This document shows positions 18,195 through 28,200 of a stretch of DNA of 64,000 bases, one piece after another; positions within the stretch are counted from its first letter, which is position 1, and the number at the start of each line of letters is the position of its first letter. The notes beneath the pieces were generated by a model. The model made no database searches, had not been told where the DNA came from, and saw only the letters and a list, made by a program, of their open reading frames with translations. A program made the position numbers and the translations under genes. The stretch is taken from contig CAVZVA010000002.1 in the NCBI GenBank assembly GCA_963778655.1, forward strand, positions 128,001-192,000, written 5' to 3'. This stretch comes from an uncultured delta proteobacterium. Its GTDB lineage: Bacteria > Myxococcota_A > Polyangia > Polyangiales > JAFGIB01.

Positions 18195-19535
18195 TCACAG
18201 CGGATCGAGGAAGATCGGCAACCCGTCCTTGGGCTTCGAGATCGGCGCCTGTTGCACGGGCATGCGATAACCGTCCGCGATGCGGATGCGGTAGCGCAGC
18301 AGCAGCTGGTGCATCAGCGCGCGGATCTGAAGCTCCGCGAAGCGCATGCCGATGCAGGTGTGCGCGCCGCCGCCGAAGGGCACGTAGGCGTGGCTGTGGC
18401 GCTTGTGCTCCTCGCGCGGCGGCGCGAAGCGCTCGGGGTCGAACTCGAACGGTGCGGTCCACAGCTCGCTCATGTGATGGGTGTGGATCGGATAGGTGAC
18501 CACCAAACAGCGCGCAGGGAACGCGTAGCCGCCGAATTCGAACGGCGCGACCGAGACCCGGGGCACGGTGGAGAGCGGCGGGTAGCGGCGCAGCGTCTCC
18601 TGCAGCACCAGGTTGAGCGAGCCCAGCGCGGGCATGTCGTCGTGCTCGATGAAGGCCTTGCCGAGCGCTCGCGACTCCTGCCGCGCCCGCTCCTGCCACT
18701 GGGGATGGCGCGCCAGCTCGTAGGTCATCGAGCTGAGCGTGCTGGTGGTGGTGTCGTGCGCCGCCATCATCAGGAAGATCACGTGGTCGATGATCTCGCG
18801 ATCGGTGAAGCGGCTGCCGTCCTCGTCGGTGGCGTGGCACAGGCGGCTGAACATGTCCGCACTCTGCTGCGCGCGCTTCTGCGCCAGCATCGAGCCGAAC
18901 AGGCGTTCCATGTACTGCCGGCCGCGCAGCCCCCGCGCGAACTCGAGCCAGGGCAGCGGCAGGCGCACGAACGACATCGAGGCGGCCACCGCGTGCTCGA
19001 ACGCGCGCTGCAGCGCCGCGGCCTCCGCGCCCAGCTGCATCCCCAGAAACACGTCGCAGGCGAGCTCGAGCGTGAGCCGCTTGTACGCGGGGAAGGCCAG
19101 CATGCGCTCAGCCTTGGGCCAGGCGGCCAGCGCGCGCTCGATCTGGGGGTTCATCTGATCGAGGTAGCTGCGCAGGGCCGAGCGCGTGAACGCGCCCTGC
19201 ATGATGCGGCGGTGGTGCAGGTGGTCCTCGCCGTCCCGCAGCAGCAGGCCGTTGGGAAAGATCCGACCCATGATCAGCATCCAGGCGTGGCGCGCGCTGA
19301 ACACGCCTTCGCGATCCTGCATGACCAGGCGGTTCGCGTCCGGACCGAACAGGTGCACGCCGCGGATCCGTCCACCCTCCGCGACTACCGGCCCGTGGCG
19401 TTCGTACATGCTCTGTACGACCTGCAACGAATCGCTGCGGAAGCGCCGCATGCGATCCAGGCTCTCCCACCGGCCAAGCCGCGGCGGCTCGGGCCGATCG
19501 CGCGCGCCGGCCGGACGTTCTGCGGCCACAGCCAT
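18195..19535 (-). CDS. Cytochrome P450 (CYP136-like)
   Basis: I-helix AAHDTT, ExxR (ETLR), FDPERF, heme ligand FGGGAHTCIG. Confidence 0.93.
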   Translation of the reverse strand: MAVAAERPAGARDRPEPPRLGRWESLDRMRRFRSDSLQVVQSMYERHGPVVAEGGRIRGVHLFGPDANRLVMQDREGVFSARHAWMLIMGRIFPNGLLLRDGEDHLHHRRIMQGAFTRSALRSYLDQMNPQIERALAAWPKAERMLAFPAYKRLTLELACDVFLGMQLGAEAAALQRAFEHAVAASMSFVRLPLPWLEFARGLRGRQYMERLFGSMLAQKRAQQSADMFSRLCHATDEDGSRFTDREIIDHVIFLMMAAHDTTTSTLSSMTYELARHPQWQERARQESRALGKAFIEHDDMPALGSLNLVLQETLRRYPPLSTVPRVSVAPFEFGGYAFPARCLVVTYPIHTHHMSELWTAPFEFDPERFAPPREEHKRHSHAYVPFGGGAHTCIGMRFAELQIRALMHQLLLRYRIRIADGYRMPVQQAPISKPKDGLPIFLDPL

Positions 19536-19726
19536 ATCACCGCCGACGCTACACCACATCGGCTGGCGGGCCCAGCCGCCGGGTTGGGCAGCCGGTTACG
19601 GGCTGGACGACGCCGCTCGGGCCGGGCATCTTGCTGGACCGAGAATACTCCGGACGCCCGGCAGGTCCCCATTCAGCATGGACCTGATTTCGGGACGCCG
19701 GCGGACGGCTCCCAGGAGGCATCGCC

Positions 19727-20503
19727 GTGACCCCGCTCGCTCGCCGCTGCTCGCTCGCCGCCCTCACGCTGACGCTCACGCTGGCCTGCTCGCTCTGGGC
19801 CGGCGCCCAACCCGCACAGCCGCCGGACCTGCAGCAGGTGCTGCACCGGCTCGACGAGCTGTACACGGCCTCGAGCAGCACCGCGGTGGCCGAGCTCACC
19901 GTGGTCACCCCGCGCCAGACGCGCACCGTGCGCATGAAGATCTGGTCCAAGGGCGACGATCACGCGCTGGTGCTGATCGAACAGCCGGCGCGCGAGAAGG
20001 GCACGGCCACGCTGCGCGTCGGCGACAACTTGTGGAACTATCTGCCGCGCATCTCGCGTACGATTCGCGTGCCGCCCTCGATGATGCTCGGGTCCTGGAT
20101 GGGCAGCGACTTCACCAACGACGATCTGGTGCACGAGACCTCCTATCGCCACGACTTCGAATCGAGCTGGGGCGGCCGCTCCAGCGACCCGGCCGGCTTC
20201 ATCCTGCGGATGACGGCGCGCAAGGGCATCGTGGGGCGCTGGGCGCGCATCGACATGGTGCTCGCCGACGACGGCAGCGTGCCGCTGCAGGCGCGCTACT
20301 ACGACCGTCACGGCCGCCTGGCGCGCACCATGCGCTTCGACGACGTGCAGCAGATCGACGGACGGCCGGTGCCGATGCGCATGACGCTGACGCCGCAGGA
20401 CGACCCCGGGCATCGCACCGAGCTGCGCTACCTCGAGCTGCACCTCAACGCAAAGGTGCCCGACTCGATGTTCTCGCTGTCGCGGCTGGAGCAGAATCGC
20501 TGA
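19727..20503 (+). CDS. Outer-membrane lipoprotein-sorting protein (LolA-like)
   Basis: Signal peptide; PAREKGTATL, LWNYLP, SWMGSDFTNDD motifs. Confidence 0.85.
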   Translation: MTPLARRCSLAALTLTLTLACSLWAGAQPAQPPDLQQVLHRLDELYTASSSTAVAELTVVTPRQTRTVRMKIWSKGDDHALVLIEQPAREKGTATLRVGDNLWNYLPRISRTIRVPPSMMLGSWMGSDFTNDDLVHETSYRHDFESSWGGRSSDPAGFILRMTARKGIVGRWARIDMVLADDGSVPLQARYYDRHGRLARTMRFDDVQQIDGRPVPMRMTLTPQDDPGHRTELRYLELHLNAKVPDSMFSLSRLEQNR

Positions 20504-20506
20504 TCG

Positions 20507-21745
20507 ATGAGGCTGCCGACCACCATCCGCGTCGCGTGGCGCAACCTGGGGCGCAACCGGCGGCGCACGGCGCTGGCGCTGACGGCGATCGGGGTGGCGC
20601 AGCTAGCGCTGCTGTTCTCCGATTCGCTGATGCACGGCTATGCCGACTCGATGGTCGACGCGGTCACCGGCCCGATGCTGGGACACGTCCAGGTCCACGC
20701 CCCCAAATGGCGCGACGAGCACGCGATGGACCTCACGCTGCAGCAGGCGCGGGCCAAGGTCGCCGCGATACGCAAGCTGCCCGGGGTGGCGCGCGCGTCC
20801 GCGCGAATCTACGCCCCGGCCCTGGCGGCGCTGGGCGAGCAGGGTCACGTGGTGGTGGTGATGGGCGTGCAGGTCGATGGCGAGCGCCGGGCCGGCGGCC
20901 TGCTGGCGAACGTCGCGCCCGCGGCGCTGCCGCACGCGCACGAAGTGCTGGTCGGCAGCGCCCTGGCCGATGAGATGGGCGTGCACCCGGGCGAGCAGCT
21001 CGCGATCGTCGGTCAGGCCGCCGACGGCTCGATCGCCAACGACCTGTACCGCGTCGGCGGGCTGCTCTCCTCGGCAGTGGACGAGGTGCAGCGTCACGGC
21101 GTGGTGATGTCGCTGGCCGCGGCGCAGGAGCTGTTCGCGATGCCCGACCAGGCGCACGAGATCGTGGTGCGCGCGCGCGACCCGCAGGCGGCAAGCGTGC
21201 TTTCGGCGCGCATCGCCAAGCTGCCGGCGCTCGCCCACACCGAGGTGCTGCCCTGGAAGAAGATCGTGCCGGAGCTGGTCACGCTGGTCGAGCTGACCGA
21301 GCGCTCCAGCCTGATCGTGCTGGTGCTGGTGTTCATCGCCGCCGCGGCCGGCATCGCCAACACCATGCTGATGGCGACCTTCGAGCGCAGCCACGAGATC
21401 GGCATGCTGCTGGCGCTCGGCAGCACGCCGGGGCGGATCGTGCGCATGATCCTGAGCGAGGCCACCGCGCTCGGGCTGGCGGGCGTGGCAATCGGCACGC
21501 TGCTCGGCGCGGCGCTGGTGCTGGCGCTGGCGCAGACCGGGATCGACCTCACCACGCTCGGCAACGACGCCGCGCGCGGGCTGAGCATGCGCGGGCTCAA
21601 CTACGGCTTTTCGATCGTGCCGCACATCGAGGCGCAGGACGTGCTCGAAGGCGTGGGCGCGGTGGTGCTGACCTCGCTGCTGGCCTCGCTGTGGCCCGCG
21701 GTTCACGCCGCCCGGCTGCAACCTGTGGAGGCGATGCGGGCATGA
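20507..21745 (+). CDS. ABC transporter permease (FtsX/LolE-like)
   Basis: AWRNLGRNRRRT, ERSHEIGMLLALG, PAVHAARLQPVEAMR. Confidence 0.9.
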   Translation: MRLPTTIRVAWRNLGRNRRRTALALTAIGVAQLALLFSDSLMHGYADSMVDAVTGPMLGHVQVHAPKWRDEHAMDLTLQQARAKVAAIRKLPGVARASARIYAPALAALGEQGHVVVVMGVQVDGERRAGGLLANVAPAALPHAHEVLVGSALADEMGVHPGEQLAIVGQAADGSIANDLYRVGGLLSSAVDEVQRHGVVMSLAAAQELFAMPDQAHEIVVRARDPQAASVLSARIAKLPALAHTEVLPWKKIVPELVTLVELTERSSLIVLVLVFIAAAAGIANTMLMATFERSHEIGMLLALGSTPGRIVRMILSEATALGLAGVAIGTLLGAALVLALAQTGIDLTTLGNDAARGLSMRGLNYGFSIVPHIEAQDVLEGVGAVVLTSLLASLWPAVHAARLQPVEAMRA

Positions 21746-22980
21746 GCCTCTCGGTCGCCTCGCGCTACGCCGCGCGCAGCCTGGGCCGCAACCTGCGGCG
21801 CACGCTGCTGTCGTGCATCGGGGTCGGCGTGGGCTGCGCGATCGGCCTGGTCGACATCGGCTGGGTGCGCGGCGAGCGCAACCTGTTCGTGCGCGCCGCC
21901 GCCGAGAGCGGTGCCGGCCACCTGCGCATCACGCCCGCGGGTTGGGGCAAACACCGCGACGACTCGCTGCGCCTGCAAGACGCGGCAGCCGAGCTGCGCA
22001 GCGCGCGCGCGCTGCCCGGCGTGCTGGTGGCCACGCCGCGGGCCCGCGCGCAGGCGCTGCTGGCGATGGGCACGCGGGTGTCGAGCGTGCAGATGGTGGG
22101 CGTCGATCCGGCGACCGAGCCGCGCGCGCTGCGCTTCGTGCGCCACGTCGGCAATGGCCGCTACCTGCACCCCGACGACCGCGAGGCGGTGGTGCTGGGC
22201 AAGGCCCTGGCCGAGCGCTTGCGCGCCTCCCTGCACGACCCGCTGGTCGCGACCGTGGTGGGCAAGGACGGCCAGATGCAGAGCGCCATGCTCGAGGTGG
22301 TCGGCATCATCGACACCGGCAGCCGCGACATCGATCTCGCGCTGTGCCAGGTCACGCTGCAGGAGATGCAGAAGCTGACCGGCTTGCCGGGCGCGGGCGA
22401 GGTCACGCTGCTGCTTCGCGATCCGCACGAGCTCGAATCGGCGCGCGTCGCGCTGGCCGCGCGCGTGCCGCGGGGCGACAGCGTGCTGGCCTGGTACGAC
22501 ATCGACCCGGAGCTGCGCGCGGGCGTCGACATCGACGCGGCCTGGGCCAAGGTCACGGTCGGGATCGTGCTGCTGGTGGTGCTGCTCGGGGTGGCCAGCG
22601 CGCAGCTCACCGCCGTGCTGGAGCGGCGGCGCGAGTTCGCGGTGCTGTCGGCGATCGGCGTGCGCGGGTCGACCATGGTGCGGTTGATGCTGATCGAGGG
22701 CTGCGCGCTGGGGCTGGCCGGCACGCTGGTCGCGCTGGCGATCGGCGTCCCGGCGGTGGCCTACCTGGCATACCACGGGGTCGATCTGCGCAGCCTGCTG
22801 GGCGCCGACCTGACGCTGAGCGGCGTGCTGGTCGATCCGATCTTTCACGCCGACCTGGGGCCGTGGATCCTGCCCGCGTCTGTCTTCATGTCCCTGACTG
22901 CCACCGTGCTCGCGTCGATTTACCCGGCCTGGTTCGCGGTGCGCACCGACCCGGCAGTGGCGCTGCGGGTAGCGCAATGA
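21742..22980 (+). CDS. ABC transporter permease (FtsX/LolE-like), second copy
   Basis: ATGA overlap with the upstream gene; RSLGRNLRRT, ERRREFAVLSAIG, YPAWFAVRTDPAVALR. Confidence 0.88.
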   Translation: MSLSVASRYAARSLGRNLRRTLLSCIGVGVGCAIGLVDIGWVRGERNLFVRAAAESGAGHLRITPAGWGKHRDDSLRLQDAAAELRSARALPGVLVATPRARAQALLAMGTRVSSVQMVGVDPATEPRALRFVRHVGNGRYLHPDDREAVVLGKALAERLRASLHDPLVATVVGKDGQMQSAMLEVVGIIDTGSRDIDLALCQVTLQEMQKLTGLPGAGEVTLLLRDPHELESARVALAARVPRGDSVLAWYDIDPELRAGVDIDAAWAKVTVGIVLLVVLLGVASAQLTAVLERRREFAVLSAIGVRGSTMVRLMLIEGCALGLAGTLVALAIGVPAVAYLAYHGVDLRSLLGADLTLSGVLVDPIFHADLGPWILPASVFMSLTATVLASIYPAWFAVRTDPAVALRVAQ

Positions 22981-22990
22981 GCGAGGAGCC

Positions 22991-23707
22991 ATGAGCGAGA
23001 ACGCGGCGGTAGTGGTCGCGCGCGACCTGACCAAGGTCTTCGACCAGGGCGCGCTGCAGGTGCGGGCGCTGCGCGGGGTTTCGCTCGAGGTCGCGCGCGG
23101 GGACTTCCTGGCGCTGGTCGGTCCGAGCGGCAGCGGCAAGACCACGCTGCTGCACCTGATCGGCGGGCTCGACACGGCCAGCTCCGGCAGCCTGCACGTG
23201 CTGGGTCAGGATCTGACCCGGCTCAGCCGGCGCGCGCGCTCGGAGCTGCGCCTGCGCTCGATCGGCTTCGTGTTCCAGGCGTACAACCTGGTGCCGGTGC
23301 TGACCGCCGCCGAGAACGTCGAGTTCGTGCTGGAGCTGCAAGGCATGGGAGAGCGGGAGCGGCGGGCGCGCGCGCAACAGGTGCTGGCGGAGCTCGGGTT
23401 GGGCGAGCTCGGCGCACGGCGGCCGAACGAGCTGTCGGGCGGCCAGCAGCAGCGGGTGGCGGTGGCGCGCGCGGTAGCCGCGCGGCCGTCGCTGGTGCTC
23501 GCCGACGAGCCCACCGCCAACCTGGACAGCGAAAACGCCGAGACCCTGATGAACCTGATGCGGCGGCTGCGCGACGAGCACGGCATGACCTTCGTGTTTT
23601 CGACCCACGACCCGCGGGTGCAGGTGCATGCCACGCGCATCGTCTCGCTGCGCGACGGCAGCGTGGCCTCGGACGAGCGCGGAGCGCCGGCGGGAGCGAC
23701 CCCGTGA
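22991..23707 (+). CDS. ABC transporter ATP-binding protein (LolD-like)
   Basis: GPSGSGKT, IGFVFQAYNL, LSGGQQQRV, LADEPTANLD. Confidence 0.95.
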   Translation: MSENAAVVVARDLTKVFDQGALQVRALRGVSLEVARGDFLALVGPSGSGKTTLLHLIGGLDTASSGSLHVLGQDLTRLSRRARSELRLRSIGFVFQAYNLVPVLTAAENVEFVLELQGMGERERRARAQQVLAELGLGELGARRPNELSGGQQQRVAVARAVAARPSLVLADEPTANLDSENAETLMNLMRRLRDEHGMTFVFSTHDPRVQVHATRIVSLRDGSVASDERGAPAGATP

Positions 23708-23727
23708 TCAGGTTTGGCGATCCTTGA

Positions 23728-25110
23728 ATGACAAGCCGACGGGAGCGCAGCGACCCTTGCGATGGGGTGGAGCCCCGAAGGCTTTGCCGATCGGGCACGG
23801 AGGCCGCATGCCCTGCCCGACATACCCGACCCCGACATACCCGAAATAGAGGCGCCGCAGCGGGGTTGGCGCTCGTGTTGTTGACGCTGGCCCAACCGGC
23901 AGCCGCGCGCGATTTGTGGACGGGCGACGATCTCGAGAGCTCGCTCTCGCTGCAGAGCGCGCTCAAGTCGAGCCTGCTGCTGTCGCGCGCGCCCGATGAC
24001 CCGCTGCTGTTCCCGGAGCGCACCAGCGGCGCGAGCCTGTGGCGGGAGCGCTTCACGCTCACCGCGGACGCGAGCGACTGGCTGACCGCGCAGGCGGCCT
24101 ACGAGCTGCGCGAGCAGATCTCGTCGAGCGCGGCGGGCGGTTTCGGCGCAGCGGCGGTGCTGCCGCAGGGCGGCGCCCTGCCCTACCGGCTCGCGCAGCT
24201 CGACTGGGGCATCGCCAGCGAGCCGAGCCTCGCGGTGCGCCACGAGATCGATCGCGCCTCGGTGGCATGGCACCCGGCGTTCGGGGAGCTCACCATCGGC
24301 CGCCAGGCGATCGGCTACGGCCGCGGCGTGCTGTTCAGCGCGGTCGACGTGTTCGCCCCGTTCTCGCCGCTCGAGGTCGACCGCGAGTGGCGTCGCGGCG
24401 TGGACGCGGTGCACGCCGAAGCACGCTTCTCCGAGCACCTCTCGGCCGACGTCGCGGGCGGCTTCGGCAAGACCCTGGGCGACTCGGCCTTCATCGGCCG
24501 CGTGCGCGGGTTCGCCGGCAACGTCGACGGCGCCCTGCTGGCCGGACGGCGCTCGACCGATTGGATGTTCGGCGCGACCTCGTCCGCGACGCTGGGCGAC
24601 ACCGCGCTGTACGGCGAGGCCGCATGGTTCTACACGCGCGGCGACGGGCTCGACGGCGGTTGGCTGGGCAGCTCGCGCTGGGTCGCGAAGCTGGTCGGCG
24701 GCGGCTCGTACCGCGTCGACGTGGGCCAGGGGCTGCGGCTCAACGCCGAGTACCACTACTCGGGCTTCGGCGTGCGCCATGCGGGCGGCGTGACCACGCA
24801 GCTGGCGGACCCGGCGTTCGCCCGCCGCTTTGCGCGCGGCGACAGCCAGCTGCTGGGCCGGCACGCGTTCGCCTTGATCGCGAGCTACGATCCGTTCTCC
24901 GATCTGACCGCGACGCTCACGTCGCTGGTCACGCCGGTGGACGGCTCGGGCTTGGTCTCGCCCAGCCTGCGCTGGACCGCCTCCGACCGCGTCGCGCTGC
25001 TGCTCAACGCCTTCTTCCCCTGGGGCCCCGCCCCGCGCGGCGCGAGCCTGCGCAGCGAATGGGGCGTGGTCCCGATCAGCGCGTTCCTGCAGCTCGCGTT
25101 CTACGACTGA
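23728..25110 (+). CDS. Putative outer-membrane beta-barrel protein (start uncertain)
   Basis: Signal-like LALVLLTLAQPAAA; IDRASV, TIGRQAIGYG, EWRRGVDAV; amphipathic strands with aromatic C-terminus (LQLAFYD). Confidence 0.65.
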   Translation: MTSRRERSDPCDGVEPRRLCRSGTEAACPARHTRPRHTRNRGAAAGLALVLLTLAQPAAARDLWTGDDLESSLSLQSALKSSLLLSRAPDDPLLFPERTSGASLWRERFTLTADASDWLTAQAAYELREQISSSAAGGFGAAAVLPQGGALPYRLAQLDWGIASEPSLAVRHEIDRASVAWHPAFGELTIGRQAIGYGRGVLFSAVDVFAPFSPLEVDREWRRGVDAVHAEARFSEHLSADVAGGFGKTLGDSAFIGRVRGFAGNVDGALLAGRRSTDWMFGATSSATLGDTALYGEAAWFYTRGDGLDGGWLGSSRWVAKLVGGGSYRVDVGQGLRLNAEYHYSGFGVRHAGGVTTQLADPAFARRFARGDSQLLGRHAFALIASYDPFSDLTATLTSLVTPVDGSGLVSPSLRWTASDRVALLLNAFFPWGPAPRGASLRSEWGVVPISAFLQLAFYD

Positions 25111-25238
25111 GAACGAAGAACGAGGCTGGAAGGCGGCAACAGCAAGAGGAGGAGCTCGTCGTAGCGAGACTGCAAGCTCCTCCCGTCTTCCTGTGATCTC
25201 AGAACGGCGTTGCCCGCCGCAAGCGCGCGCTTGCCGGC

Positions 25239-28200
25239 TTACAACCCGGTGGGGCGCAGGCGGCGGAGGTGCTGGGCGGCCGATTGCAACAGCTCGTAGC
25301 GGATGCGCGGCGGGGCCGGCGAGCGGCCCACCAGTACCAGCGCGCCTTCCCCGTGGAACTTGCCCGCGTCGAGGTAGCTGAGCAGGTAGGTATGGGCCGA
25401 GCCGTGCTCGTCGGAGGTGGTCGCGGCCTCGGTGCCGCACAGGGTCGTGTCCTCGCCGTCCCCTTTGCCCAGCGACGCCAGGCTCCTGCGCACCATCTCG
25501 ACCACGTCTGGCCGCGGATCGAGCGCCGAGGTCGCCGCCAGCACCACCGGCCCGGAAGCATCGACGACGAAGAGGTAGGCGACGAAGCCTTCGTGGCGCT
25601 CCATCACCCACGACAGGATGTAGCGCGCCAACCGCTTGCGCTCGTCGATCGGCGCCAGCGCGGCCTGGAAGGCCTTGAGCTCGCGCATGCTGGCGATGCT
25701 GACGGCCACCCCGCCCTCGCTGCCGCCGAGCTCGGTCAAGTTGCGGAAGCGCGCGATCAGGGTGGGATTGCCCAGCGGGCGAAACAAGCGCTCCACCTGC
25801 TGGAGCTGGAGCGTGAAGGTCTTGCGGTCGCCCCGCGCGAAGGCGATGCGCGCCGTGGCCTCGTGCAGCATCCCGAGCGCCAGCGGGCTGCCGGTGGCCT
25901 CGTAGCGCCCGAACAGCTCGGCCAGGTATGCCTTGGCGCGCGCGTGCTCGCCGAGCCCCGCCAGCGCGTAGCACAACGGCAGCTCGACCGGGAGGCGGAA
26001 GGCGTAGTACGCGCCGTCTTCGGGATCGGCCGCCGCCAGCACGCGCTCGCAGATCTCGCGGGCGCGCGCGTGCTCGCCCAGCTGGTTGTGGGCCTCGGCC
26101 ATCAGACCCGAGGACACGCTCCAGCCGATGCGCTGCAGCGGCGCTTCCTGGGCCAGCACCGGCAAGTAGACCTCGATGCACTCGCGCGGGTCACCGCGCT
26201 GCAGCAAGTACGTGGCGCGCGAGCTGCGTGCGTAGCGATCGAGCGTGGGGATCTCGTGGCGCAGGCGCTCGGTCTCGTCGAGCGAGCGCTTGGTCAGGAT
26301 GACGTCGTTCCACAGGCCGCCGAACAAGTTGATCGCGATCGCGGCCCAGGTCTCGACCTGCCAGGCGTAGCCGGTCTGAATCGCGCGGGCCTCGACTTGC
26401 TCGAAGGCCGCGCGCACCTGCTCGGTCTCGCCACGAAAGCCGTGATATTGCAGGCGCAGCTGGGCGGCGATCAGCTCGTGAACGTCGAGCCCGGTCTGCT
26501 CCAGTCGCGCCGCGCGCTCGAGCGCGCCCGAGTCGCCGCGAAAGCTCTCGAACACGCCGAGCACGTAGTCGACGCCGCCCTGCCACAGCTGCCGCGCCTC
26601 CTGCGGCAAATCGGACATCGATCCCGGCGCCTGCAGCCTGCGCTCCAGATCGAGGAAGTGAGCGTAGGTGCGCGCGTAGCGGTCCCGGGTCACCAGCGAC
26701 AGCCCGCGGCAGTAGTCATAGGCGAACTTCGTTGCGCTGTGTTTTCCCAGCAGCGCGAGCGGCTCGAGCACCGCCGCCAGCCGATCGATGGTGGGCCCGT
26801 CGAGACACACGGCGGCCTTGCCGCACAGCGCTAGCAGCGCGCCCACGAACGCCTGCATCAGCTCGCGAAACGAGCAGTGCCTCGACTGTCGCGGCTGGCA
26901 CGCGTGGCGCAGCGCGCCGACCCCCAACCCGATCAGCGTGGCCAGGCGCTTGCCCAGCAAGGGCCGCATGCGCGCGGCCAGGCCCAGCCCGGAGACCTGC
27001 GCGAAGCACGCCACGATCGCGTCGGTGTGGCTCTCGAGACGGCGGTCGACCATGTAGGCGGCCAGTCCCAGCGGCGCGAGCAACGCCGCCTGGTCGTAAG
27101 GGCCGCGCGCTTGCTCGCGGTAGAGCGCCAGCGCAGCCTCGAGCGTACGCGTGCAACCCGCGACCGGCTGCTTGCCCATCGCCTGCGAGATGCCGACCTC
27201 GCCCAGGATGCGAGCGCCGCGCTCGTCGCCCGCTTGCAGCAGGTGAAGCGCCGCATCGGCCCGCTCCGAGACGTAGAGCCGGCCGCGCGCCAGGATCGCC
27301 TCGGCCACGCGCAGGTGCAGCAGCGCCTTGCGGGCGTCGTCGATCTGGCCGACCAGGGCGTCGCGCAACGCCTCGTGGCGGAAGCGATAGCCGGCGTCGC
27401 CGGCGCTCAGCACCTCGTGTGCCACCAGCTCGCCGAGCGCGGCGCACAACGCGGCACCGTCGTGCTCGTGCTCGCCCCACAGCTTGCGGCAGACCTCGAG
27501 CGAGAGCCCCCCGCGATACAGGCTCAACGCCTGCGCCAGCTCCAGCGCCTCCCCGCTCAGGTGCTGCAAGCGGTCGCACATCGCCTCTTCCACTCGCGAC
27601 GGCAGCTCGAGCGCGGAGGGCTCGGTCGGCAGCACCCAGGTCCCGTCGCGATAGCGGATGTCGCGCCGGCTCACCATCAAGCGCAGCAGCTCCATGCAAT
27701 GGGAGGGGTTGCCGGCCGTACGCTGGTGCAGAAAGCGACTCAGACGCGAGAGGTTGGGGGTCTCTCCGAACACCGAATCGACCCAGGCGTGCAGGTGCTT
27801 CGCGCTCAAGCCGCCGAGCGTGCTGCGCCGCACCACCTGCCGCAGCGAGGACAGCGCCGCAGGCGAGGCGGCGTCGTCGCCGCTGCGCGCGGTGGCGACC
27901 ACGGCCAGCGGATGGTTTCTGGCCTCGAGCGCGAGCGCCGCCAGCAGCACCGCGGAGGGATCGTCGCAGCGCTGCACGTTGTCGAGCAGGACCAGCAGCG
28001 GCCGGCGCCGGCTCAAATCGAGCAACCAGCCCCGCAGCGCCGCCTGGATCTGCGTGCGCCACGACACCGGGTCGGCCGGGCGCGGCGCCGGCGTCACGTC
28101 GCCCAGCGCGTCGGCGAGCTCGGGCACCACGTGCGCGAGCAACGGCGCCTGCGCGCGCGCGCTGGCCAGCGCCTCGAGCGGCGCGACCTCCAGCAGCTGG

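Noticed and set aside
23815..23844. Short direct repeat CCCGACATACCCGA x2 near the start of the barrel gene
   Set aside because: Only two short copies with no other support; it may be local slippage.
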